From Octopus vulgaris (lineage: Eukaryota), in the NCBI GenBank assembly GCA_951406725.2, contig OX597823.1, positions 42,470,001 through 42,534,000 on the forward strand: DNA of 64,000 nt, in the 5' to 3' direction. The position numbers and the translations under genes were made by a program. Shown here piece by piece: positions 12,920 to 24,849 of the stretch. The number at the start of each line of letters is the position of its first letter. The stretch's first letter is position 1. Below the pieces are notes generated by a model. It saw nothing but the letters and a program-made list of their open reading frames with translations, was not told the origin of the DNA and did no database searches.

Positions 12920-13125
12920 TCCTGACTCATAGGCTCATAAGGCCACTTTCCTGGCTTCTGTAATGAATATATTTTAACTCCTAGACAGGCTGCTAGTCCA
13001 TCACATGTATACTCATTTTTGACAAATTAGCAGACTGGAGCGATGTGAAATGAAGTGTTTTGCTTAAGAACATAATGCATCATCTGGTCCTAGAAATGAA
13101 ACCACAATCTTACAATTGTGAATGA
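12920..13125 (-). mobile_element. SINE family D fragment
   Basis: gactggagcgatgtgaaatgaagtgttttgcttaagaaca resembles 51320-51360. Confidence 0.55.
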
Positions 13126-13854
13126 AATATACTACACTTCCACTGTATATGTATGTGTGGGTGTTTCTGTGTGTGTATTTGTGTGTGTGTGTGCGTGTGT
13201 GTGTATGTGTGTGTAAACACACATCTAGATGTTTGTGTTTATTTAGTCATATTGAACTGTGTAGTATGTTTACTTATAATCCTCCTTCAATGAGTTTTCC
13301 ATAAATTCATCATAATTAAAATTTTGTTAATTCTTGTAGACATAAATATACAATGTTTCTTGTGATTAATTTCAATTTATATTCTATAGTTTTAATCTTG
13401 GAAAATCACTTATAAATATATATATATAATGAAAGCCCTTAATTATTTTATTTTAATTGGATACATTCCAAAATGTTATATAAACTTAATATTTGTACTT
13501 GAGGCAAGTAATGTCACTTGAGAAACTTATATTCATAACAAGCAATCTCTCAGTAATCCTCATAATAGAACACTAAACATATCCATTTCTTTAATTATAT
13601 CAGACAAAAATGTATAATTACTATGCAGTTTTACGTATAAATTGATAATACTTCATATAAATATATCAATTGGCAGGTTACTGATGTGTGATACAGCAAT
13701 TTTATAATTCACAATAAACTGTACTATTGAGAACTAAATGAAAATTATTGTAATGTTTATTTTTGTATTTAAATGACTAAAATGTTTCTTGGATGATGTA
13801 ATTTTATGTATATGTATGTATGTTTGTGTTTCTATATACATATATATATGTATT

Positions 13855-13897
<43 letters not shown>

Positions 13898-14046
13898 TAA
13901 TAGTTATCGCCATACTAATATGGCAGTCTTATAAATATAAGACTAAAGCTGTCGCTGATTAGCTCCAAGAGGCCACCGCCTCAAGCTAGCTATTAATATC
14001 CAGTAACACTGCCGTAATCTCCTTTAGAGAGACTTAGTAATTTTAA

Positions 14047-14082
<36 letters not shown>

Positions 14083-14085
<3 letters not shown>

Positions 14086-14220
14086 TCTGGGGAGAGTCAC
14101 TCTGTTTTAATGTCTTATTAATTAACACACTTACAAGTTCAATTCCCACTCTTATTTTTTCTAAAATTTTCGTTGCTTCTTGCTAACACTTCAATAGTTG
14201 TTGACTCTGTTCGTTATCAG
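14083..14220 (+). repeat. Short interspersed repeat next to (TA)n; inverted copy at 29315-29437
   Basis: gtctggggagagtca...ttcaatagtt..gactctgt versus acagagtcaaaactattgaa...tgactctccccagac. Confidence 0.6.
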
Positions 14221-14281
14221 GGCTGTGTTTTTTGCTTGTTTGTGCACATGTGTGTGTGTGTCAGTGTGCATGAGTATACAC

Positions 14282-14312
<31 letters not shown>

Positions 14313-14832
14313 TGTATGTATGTATGTATGTATGTATGTATGTATGTATGTATGCATGTATGTGTGGATGTATGTATGTATGTCTCTTCTATTTTTTAAT
14401 TGTTATAAATCTTCCACTGGGGAGGGTGTTGGTTTCCAACAAAGATACACAGCTCCATTTTTGGGATGTAGCTAACAAAAGCAAATTCACATTGGGAACT
14501 TGGGAAAAGTCTTGCATTTGCTGTTCCACTCACAGATTGCACTTGTAATGTATGAATCAGTTGGTTAGTTTCTTTTTCTGAAAATCCCAGTTTATCCAGA
14601 TTCTCCTTTAAGAAAACCTGTATGCTGAGTGCTTTCTGTCCAGGTCTTCTCTGAGGTAAGAGAGCCCAGCTGTTTTGGGGCTGTATAGGAGATCATCAGG
14701 AAGAAGGTGTTTCTTGAAGTTCACTGCCAATTCGTACAATGTTGCTCGCTTCACTTTTCAGGACTGCATTAACATATTTATTTTTGCTGCTGTTGTTTAG
14801 CAGGTGCTGCCTGAGTGATACCATACAGCTCC

Positions 14833-16722
14833 ACCAGTTTGCTGGTACTATAGGAAATTCAAGTGTACACAGCCCTGCTTTTACTCTTCTCAGGGAAACT
14901 AGGCAGAGAGGCGTTGGGTACGTCAGTTGTCTCCCCCATTGATTCACCTTACCGTGCATTTTTTTTTTATCCAAGGTGCTATTTCTTCAAAATCCTTTAT
15001 AGTGGGAGCCAGCGTGAGTATCTGGCTTCGAAGGTTTACTTCCACCAACCCTGGTCTTTCCGGCATATCTCTCTACGCGGTGAATCACTCAGTCATTAAA
15101 ACCTACGGACAAATCTCTCTTTCCCTGGATTTATCACTCCATAGGGATTTCAAGTGGATCTTCGTCATTGTGGACCTTTCCTATCCCATCCTTAGTGCTG
15201 ACTTCTTACATCACTATTCTTTCCTTATGGAAGTCAGAGGACGCCGGCTTATTGACGATACTATCTCACTCACCATTCTTCTGTCCCTGTTGTGAGCCCG
15301 CCTTTCTTTGTGGCTGCTTCGGGTAGCTCTTACCACCAGTTACTCGCTGCGTTTCCAGATTTGTCTGATTTGTCATTTCATCCGTCGAATCCAGCCCATT
15401 CCACAAGACATTTCATCACGACTAAGGGACATCCAGTTTTTTTCCCGTTTGTCTCCAGAGAAACTCCGGATTGCCTGGGCTGAATTCGAGCACATGCTCC
15501 AGCTGGGCCTTATTCGTCCCTCCACGATCCCGTGGGCAGCACCTTTATACATGGCCAGGAAGAATGAAGCTGATTTTCGTCCGGTTGGAGATTTTGGACG
15601 TCTTAACACTGTTACTGTTCAGGATCGCTATCCGCCATCAAATGTGCAGGATTTTTCGTCTGCCCTGCATGGTAGTAAGATTTTTTTCTAAAATTGACTT
15701 GGTACGCGTGTACCATCAAATCCCTGTCAACCTCGACGACATTCCAAAGACAGCTGTCACCACGCCTTTTGGGGCGTTTGAATTTTTGTCTATGCCGTTT
15801 GGACTTCTTAATGCGGTCAGCACGTTCCAAAGTTTCATTGATGAGGTCGTTCGTGGGTTAAAATTTGTCTTCGCATGCGTCGATGACCTTCGAATCGCTA
15901 ATGGCACTCAAGACCAGCACTTTCAACACTTGACCCAGCTGTTCAAGTACCTACGTTCCTATGATGTGAAGATCAAACCGGCTAAGCGTGTATTTGGTTC
16001 AACCAGTTTGGAATTTGGGGGGCATCTCATTGACGCCGACGGTTTTCGTCTGCTCCCTTCTAAAGTGGAAGCCACCAAACGCTTGTCTCCTCCTGTTTCC
16101 TTAAAACAGCTCAGAAATTTTATTGGTTTAATTAATTGTTATCGTCGTTTCCTTCCTAACTCTGCGGAAAAGTTGCTTCCCTTGATCCAGCTTTTGAATC
16201 TGACAAAACTGCTCAAGCATCCTTCCTCGCTCATCCTATTGCGGATACAAAATTGTCACTCACTGTCAACGTGCATCATCCGCTATTGCCGCAGTTTTAG
16301 AGCAATCTGTCAACAGCCGAAGCCAGCCGTTGGCTTTCTTTTCTCATCAGTTGAAAGCTGTCGAACTGAAATACAGTGTGTTTGGTAAAGAACTCTTAGC
16401 AATTTATCTAGCGGTGAAGTATTTCTCTCACCTCGAAGGTAGGGACTTCACGACTTTCACCGACCACAAACCGCTAACGTTCGCTCCCTTTGCCAAAACG
16501 GACCGGTACGCGTCCATAGAAACAAGGCACTTGAACTACATATCGCATTCGCCACATCGCTGGCACTGACAACATATCCGCCGACGCCTTATCTCACCTA
16601 CCTGCCGGTGCATTGTGGTCTCCTGCTTCGATTGATTTGGTTGCTAAGGCTACTGGCCAACCCTCCTTGGACTCTCTGTACGTCTCTTCACCACAGATTT
16701 CCTGCTGCAAGTTTGAACACCT
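14833..16722 (+). mobile_element. Decayed Ty3/Gypsy LTR retrotransposon internal region (CsRn1-like): gag end, protease, RT, RNase H
   Basis: Gag end CWYYRKFKCTQPC..QGN*; protease region IKTYG..W.F.I.D..PIL.ADFL; RT PWAAPL, DRYP, FSKIDL..YHQIP, MPFGL.NA..FQ, CVDDL; RNase [20 protein letters not shown]. Frameshifted; no LTR or integrase seen. Confidence 0.93.
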
Positions 16723-16827
16723 GGTTAGGAAGTAAACTTCTTACCACACATACACGCTTGTTTTATGGATTTTAGAAACAAAAACACGAAATACTTTCAT
16801 AAAAATTCAAGATAAATAAAATGTATA

Positions 16828-17872
16828 TGTGGGGATGCTGAAAGTTCCTGGCTTTGGGTAAAAGAAAACACAGGAGGATTAGTTGATTATAATTGTAATC
16901 AAAATATTCTGCTCTCAGATTTACACTTATTGCACCCCATAAATAATGCGGTTTTTTCAATAACATGAATTAAAAGTCGAAGGGGTACAGGATAAACTAC
17001 GTTCATCAACTTACTGTAAAAGCAGGTAGTAATTTTACCTTGCTCTTATTCTTAATACAAGTTTTGCAGAGTTCAGTTCGATTTTAACAGTTATTTTTTT
17101 CAAAGCTATAATGGAAGTGACAAACAAACATATTCGGCATATTTTGCTTTATGAGTTCGACAAAGGCAACAACGCAATGGAAAATGCGAGCAATATTAAT
17201 GCAGTATATGGGAATCGGGCAGTAAGCGTAAGCCAGTGTGAACAGTGGTTCCAGAAATTCCAAGCCACAAACCACAGCCAAGAAGACCAGCCTCGTCCTG
17301 GAAGATCTGTAAATGAGGATGTCCTGCAAACCCTGGTGGAACAAAATGCCATCGTAATTGTTGAGGAACTAGCAGAGAAGCTTGGATTTGCTATCGGAAA
17401 ATCAGCAATTTGGGTCAGTGGGTTCCTCACAAACTTTCCGAGTCTAATCGCGCGCAGAGAGTGAATGCGTGCTCTTTGCTGTCACGTCTCACGAATGAAT
17501 CTATTTGGGAGCGATTAGTGACTGGTGGTGAGAAATGGGTTCTCTATAAAAATGTCAATTGCCGAAAACAGTGGGCAGGAAAAGGAGAAACATCGGCACC
17601 TCAGGCTAAAGATGGACTTCACCCAACGTAAGGTGTTGTTATCTGTTTGGTGGGATATGAAAAGTTTAGTCCACTTTGAACTTTTAAACCCAAACCAAAC
17701 GATAACAAAGCAGATCTACTGCGAGCAGCTTAAGTCAGCGCTAGAAGAAACACAATCATCTTTGCTTTCAAGACGAAAAGCGTTCTTCCATCAGGATAAT
17801 GCTCAGCCACATACAGCGAAGATGACATTCCAAAGGCTGGAGCAGTGTGAATGGGTAACTATGCCCCACCCT
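16828..17872 (+). mobile_element. mariner transposon, decayed and 3'-truncated
   Basis: HIRHILLYEF..WFQKF..PRPGR; WVPHKL; LVTGGEKWVLY; LLSVWWD; HQDNAQPHTA. TA followed by TIR-like tgtggggatgctgaaagttcctggcttt. Confidence 0.92.
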
Positions 17873-18394
17873 TCATGTGTATCAAAGCAATAATAAAACA
17901 CGTATAATAAAACATGTATCAAGCGTCTTCAAGGTTGTCTCACAGTTCAACTAATTGCTACAAACATTGATGTTATGCGTGTGGTTTGTTGTATTGGGAA
18001 AGACAACCAGTTGAAAACCATTGTTATTATTTAACGTGTTTATTGACGTTGCTTGATTACACGGACGACATTAGCGTAGTGATACATTGTTTACTTTTCA
18101 CACAGTTCGTACTATTCACTACAAAATAGTGCCAAGAGTAGGGAGTAGTTTGGCATTCGCAAACACACAGATATGAATATGTAACAATTGGTCTAGCTTT
18201 TCTTTTGTGCATGTGTTTTCTTTTTTTCTAAATAAATCACTATCCCATATGTTGATGCATATATTGGCTAGGATTCCAGAAAACTCTATTGGTTGCTTAA
18301 AATAGACAGAATTTATCACCAAATGAAATTTGATTCAATAAATGAATGTCCATGCATATTTATTTTATACATATGTACGTATGCATGTATGTTC

Positions 18395-18425
<31 letters not shown>

Positions 18426-19385
18426 TGTATGTATGTATGTATGTATGTATGTATGTATGTATGTATGTATGTATGTATGTATGTATGTATTTATGTTATA
18501 TATGATGTGTGTGTGCGTGTGCATTATATTCATGTTATGTGTATATGATATATATATATATAAAACTTTATATAAATCTATATGTTATACAATATATATA
18601 TGATACACGCACATGCACACACACACATACACATGGAATGACTGAATGCTTGGAAGTTTAATTTAGAGACAAATTATTGTAAGCTCAGTTGTTCTAATTT
18701 TATATATTGTGCATTTAATCTCTCATAAATTTTTATGAAAAATATTGGATAATTACGTTCATGTTTAAGTACGTATGTACGTGCATGTACATATATGTGT
18801 GTATGGGTATGTGTGTGTATGTTTATTTACATATTTGAAAGAGAGAGAGAGAGAGAGTGAGAGAGAGAAAGTGAGATAAAGAGATAGAGATGGTTAAATT
18901 TTACAGAGTAAACATTAGCCTCTAGAAAACTTATCAACCAAATTACAATTCTTAGTCACAGCTATATTTTTTTGGTTATGTTGTTAATGCCATTAGGAAA
19001 TGAATCAGCACCACCTCTTCAAACATTTATATTCAAATGAAACTGGAATTTTTCATACATGCAAGAGAATTCACTTCATAGAAGACGTAGGTTTTATTTT
19101 TTTTAGTTATTAAAATGTTTCGTTTCATTTCACATCTTTTCTTGTACGAGGTGTCATAGCAATTGTGTCACTTACTATCAAACTGCTTAATAGAGACTTT
19201 GCAATTTTAGGCTGTCCCTCCTCCTCCTCCTCCTCCTCCTCCTCATCATCATCATCATCATCATCACCATCGTCATCATCTGTTATCATCAGTTTCATGC
19301 TGGTATAGGTTGGATGATTTTACAGAATCCAATGGATGTATTCATTAGAGCAACTAAATGTACATAAATACATGCCCACATATAT

Positions 19386-19430
<45 letters not shown>

Positions 19431-19825
19431 TATATATTGGATGAAGAACTGAAAAATGACCTCAGACTGCTGAACCATTCAGACAAGACGACAAAGGACT
19501 AAGATGCCTGGTGCCTTGCTACACCCAAGAAGACCCATACTCCACAGCAAAAGGATTAACACCGGTTCCCCGCACCCCCGGTGGTAAGGATTGACCTGCA
19601 AGAGTCTTGGGCTGGTGACATGTAAAAAGCACCCATGTGGCACTATATAAAAATGCCTGTGCGATGCCGTATAAAAGCACCCAACACACTCTGTAAAGTG
19701 GTTGGTGCCATAGAAATCATGCCAAATTGGACTGAAGTTTATTTATTTATCTATCCTACAGTTTGCAACTTGAGTTGTTATGAATGCGAATAAAAATCCA
19801 AATTGATGGAGTGGAGCAGGTAAAA

Positions 19826-19917
19826 TCTAGGCTACATATATTTCGTAGATAACAGATCCTCTGATGTAATAATTACCCAATGAGGGGTACTCCACTAGCT
19901 ACTTATCAGGCTGAAGA
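19826..19917 (-). ncRNA. Decayed type I hammerhead motif
   Basis: Minus strand: gc-CTGATAA-gtag...ctac-GAAA-tatatg-TA-gc(ctaga). Inner stem taccc/gggta; G8 changed to A. Confidence 0.55.
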
Positions 19918-19985
19918 TACCTTAATTATATGAAGGTTACATATATATATATGCATTGTTATATATATATATATATATTTAAAAC

Positions 19986-20168
19986 AATGCAAATAATTAA
20001 AAAATGGAGAAAAAACATAGATTAACAGATAAATTCCTGGGAATTTTGATCAGAAACAGCTGTTAATTTTGTTATGTGTTGCTTTGTATAAATAAACAAG
20101 CTTTAAATGTGTTTCTATCAATGTGCTGGCTAATCTATGTTTTCTCCATTTTTTTAATTATTTGCATT
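19986..20168. repeat. Small element with ~39 bp terminal inverted repeats next to (TA)n
   Basis: aatgcaaataattaaaaaatggagaaaaaacatagatta versus taatctatgttttctccatttttttaattatttgcatt. Confidence 0.75.
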
Positions 20169-20313
20169 AGTTCCTAATAAACTTTTGTTTATCCTATTAT
20201 CACCTGCACCCGGCCTATATAGTGTCCCTGCACACCATTGCACGGGGATAACACAGGTAGCGGAAACTGATGGTGCATACGGATATTTTATCCCTTAGTC
20301 AGTTACTACAACT

Positions 20314-20391
<78 letters not shown>

Positions 20392-20410
20392 CATAAACAG
20401 ACATATACAT

Positions 20411-20585
20411 ATATATGTAATTATAATTAAGAGCATAGAAAGAAAATTTCTAGCCTATATGCTGAAAAGTACATGCTAAATCATCTCGCAACTCACCACT
20501 TAATTGGTGAGACGATTTAACATTTACTTTTCAGTATATAGGCTAGAAAATTCCTTTCTATGCCCTTAATTATAATTATATATAT
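20411..20585. repeat. ~175 bp near-perfect palindrome in (TA)n
   Basis: taattataattaagagcatagaaagaaaatttctagcctatatgctgaaaagta versus tacttttcagtatataggctagaaaattcctttctatgcccttaattataatta; centre ctcacca-cttaat-tggtgag. Confidence 0.9.
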
Positions 20586-21466
20586 ATAATTTCATCTTAA
20601 TCGGTCCTTTTTTTATATGCTGGCCACTGATAAATTTTTTGTTTTTTATTTTATCCTTTGCTATTGTAATTATATCTGTGTGTGTGTGTGTGTTTAAAGA
20701 GGAAAAGAGAGAGAAACAAGCAGAATAATAGTTTGTATATATATGTATATATATATATTTTCTATTCATATCCCTGTACCTGAAGAGCCCACTCAAGCAC
20801 CATTTTTCAAGCTCTTTTAGGCTCCACCCTAATTGCGTTTACTCATTCTTCTATAATGCAAGTAGCCATGTAGCTTCTCTACCTTTTCTGGCCTCTTCTG
20901 TTATACTTTAATCTATCATCTCTTAGTGTGAAGCCATATCCCTCTCTACTGTAGCCACACTCTGTTGATGGGTATCTAAGTCAGGCAAACTACATGACAG
21001 CCTTCCTGTTGCTGGTGTTATAGAAAAAGTACCCAGTACACTCTGAAATGGTTGGCATTAGGAAAGGCAAACACTCCAACTGATGCCAGTATGGAAGATG
21101 GACATTAAGAGATAATGATGATGATGATGATTAGATACATCAACATCATCATGTCTTCATCGTCATCATCATCATTTTATGATGCTCCACAATACCATTC
21201 ATCAGCATCATTTCGAGGAGCATTTTTATCGCCATTATAATTTTTACTACTAAGTTATTGAGCTAACAGAATAACTGGCACACTGTCCTTACATTTCTGA
21301 ATTCAAATTCCACTGAGGTCAACTTTGTCTTTCATCCTTTCGAGATCTATAAAATTAGTACCAGTTGAGAGCTAGGGTATGTAACTGACTTAGCCCCTCC
21401 CAACATAATTTCTGGCCTGGTGCCTTTAACAAACAATTATCATTATTATTATCATTATTATTATTA

Positions 21467-21520
<54 letters not shown>

Positions 21521-23121
21521 TTGAGTGAGAGTGCAGCACATGCCAAAGTGACACTAGCATAAAATATATGAAGCCCAGTATACTCATCATGACACCTGAT
21601 AAGGGTACACCAGGCATATGCATCACAATCATATGTGCATGACAGGGTGACCTTGTATCAAGATAAACAGTGCATGAACTTGCAGGTGGGACCCAGTTAG
21701 AATTTTAGATGTAATATTAGGCCCTGCGCTTATAACAGAATGGATTATTATTATTAAGTCACACTCTCAAAGACTTACTAATCCACAGAAATTTTTCTAA
21801 CACTTCTTTCATTACTCACCATTTATTATCAACCCCAAACTTCAAAAAATCAAAACATTAAATATCTTGCCAATATTTTTATACAAGATATATTTTCATG
21901 TATGTTTTTCACTATGAATAAAGCATCTATTTAACAAAAGGACTTATTTTGGTCTTAGGAAAAACTTAAAAGGGAAATTTTACCAATTTCCTTGCCTTGT
22001 AGACAAAACTATATAAATGCTGAATCATTTATAGGATTTTTAAACCTATTACAAGGAAGTTTCAAATTTAATGTTTCCCATGTTTCTTAAGTCTGTTTTT
22101 GATTTGACAACCTCTCCTGTGAACCATTTCCAGTTTGTGTGGTTACACTATGGGAAGATACATTGCTTTGTGAATTTATTGCATAACTTTTTGATCCTGA
22201 ACAGACAAAATTGTTATTTACTGTATTTTCATATAAACAAGTTACTTGTCTTGTCTATGGTCTTAAGAATATAATGATAGAAATATACATTCATGAGACT
22301 AGAATAAGAATCATATTAACTATAATACAAATGAAGGAAGTTTGCAACATTTGCTCATATATATTTTTTCTAACATTCTATTTAGAAGGATTATGTTTCC
22401 TTCATTGGCTAACAGTAAAGAAGCTTATGTTTCAAAAACCAAATTCTTCTAATGTATGTTGCTACAAACCATTAGCATTTATATTATCACATAATACATA
22501 CATACATACATATATGTATGTATGTTTGTATATATGTATGCATATATTAGTATGCATATGTATACATATATATATATATAGATATATATATATATATATA
22601 TATATGTATATGTTTGTGTATATGTATGTGTATGTATATACAGAGATAGATACATATATATATACATACATACATACATACATACATACATACATACATA
22701 CATACATACATACATACATACATACATACATACATACATACATACATACATGCATACATACATACAAACATACGTAATATATGCACGTTTTTAGCAAGTA
22801 AATCTATCTCTTGGAATAGTTTTTCAAACTTTGTATACTACTAAGAAGTAAAAATTATGTAGAAAATGCAGAACCAATTATTGTTTTAAAATGATTGCCA
22901 GAATTTATTGGGACACTACAGACTGGTTTAATCATGAAGAACAAAAATTATTCATAAATAAAATAAGACCAAAATCTTCTCTGTTATTGATACTCAATAA
23001 GATATTTTTTGACTGTTTCCTAATTCCGTATGAAAGCTGAACTATGACAAAATAGTTATATCATTTTTATAACATGATATTAAGACATAAAATATCACTG
23101 TTAAAATATCTGTAGGATAAT

Positions 23122-24527
23122 AATGGTTTCAAATTTTGGCATAAGGCCAGTAATTTGGGAGGAGGGTTAAGTTGGGTACATTGCCCCTATTACTCAACTA
23201 GTACTTATTGTATTGACCCCAGAGGGATGAAAGGCAAAGTCAATCTCCACAAAACTTGATCTCAGAACACGAAGACAGACAAAATTCTGTGAAACATTTT
23301 GCCCGACATGCTAAGGATTCTGCCAGCTCACCACCTTAATAATAACAATAATAATAATAATAATAATAATAAAAGTGTTATCATGTACATTGTTTTGTCT
23401 TGGTATAAAAGATGGGCTACAGCAAATATTCTGCTCAATACCACAGATTTGTTTGTCAGTTGTTTGACCGTAACCAGTTGAGCATGTCCCTTAGTGGCTG
23501 ACGATATGTGCATCTCTGATCACGAGCAGAAGTAGTGGGGGAGCATCATAGCCATGTGTTGAGAGGGATTCTTTGGGGTTTGAATAATTCACCTCTGGAA
23601 ACATGGGTGGTTCTATCAACATCCTTAAACAACCCTTATTCAGGGACCTTTTGAGCGGGATGGGCTACTCAACCTGAAGAAAATTCTAACTGGGCCCCAC
23701 CTGCAAGGTCATGTGCTGTTTATCTTGATATGAGATCACCATGTCGCGCACATATGGTTGTGATGCCTGTGCCTGGTGTACCTTTATCAGACGGGTAGTC
23801 ATGATGGGTATATTGGGCTTCGTATATTTTACCCCCGTGTCACTTTGATGGCATGAACTGCTCTCTCACTCAATAATAATAATAATAATAATAATAATGA
23901 TAATAATATTCCTTTGTACTATAGGCACAGGGCCTGAAATTTTGGGTGGACGGGAATGGTCCATTACATCATCCCCAGAACTTGACTGGTATTTAATTTA
24001 TCAACCCCAAAAGTATGAAAGACAAAGTAGACTTCGACAGAATTTCATCTCAGAATGTAGCGATGTGCAAAATACTGCTAAGCATTTTGTCCTGTGTGCT
24101 AATGATTCTGTCAGTGCACCACAATAATAATCCTTTCTACTATAGGCACAAGGCCTGAAATTTTGGAGTAGGGAGCTAGTCGGTTACATCAACCTCTGTG
24201 TTCAACTAGTACTTATTTTATTGACCCTGCTGGCATTAAAGGCAAGATTGGACCTCAGTGGAATTTGAAGTCAGAACACAAGGATGGACGAAATGGCACT
24301 AAGCATTTTGCCCAGCATTTTAACGATTCTGCCAGATTGCCACATTTTAATGGTTTCAAACTTTGGCAGAAGGCCAATAAAATTGGGGGAGGGAGTAAAT
24401 CAATTACATCGACCCCTGAGCCCAAATTTTACTGACCTCCAACAGGCAAAGTCGACCTTGGCAGAATTTGAACTTAGAACGTAAAGACAGACGAAATGCT
24501 GCTAAGCATTTTGCCCAGCTTGCCACC

Positions 24528-24577
<50 letters not shown>

Positions 24578-24789
24578 TCTTTCTTCTATAGGCACAAGGC
24601 CTGAAATTTTGCAGGAGGGGACTAGTTGATTACATTAACCCCAGTTTTCCATTGATACTTAATTTAACAACCCCGAAAGAATGAAAAGCAAAGTTGACTT
24701 TGGCAAAATTTGAACTGAGAAGGTAAAGATGGGCGAAATGCTGCTAAGCATTTTGCCTTGCATGCTAACAATTCTGTCAGCTCACTGCC

Positions 24790-24792
<3 letters not shown>
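23122..24792 (-). mobile_element. Head-to-tail array of five family A SINEs, mostly separated by (AAT)n
   Basis: Copies at ~23122-23337, 23910-24122, 24131-24343, 24350-24530, 24578-24792, all in the same orientation. Confidence 0.85.
23366..23872. mobile_element. ~500 bp non-coding interspersed element embedded in (TAA)n (family E)
   Basis: Reverse complement of 54375-54870; partial copy at 21520-21705; copies adjoin (TAA)n/(TTA)n. Confidence 0.75.
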
Positions 24793-24847
<55 letters not shown>

Positions 24848-24849
24848 CA

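Noticed and set aside
21590-21620. gacacCTGATAAggg as an HHR
   Set aside because: Part of family E; no GAAA or stem III partner.
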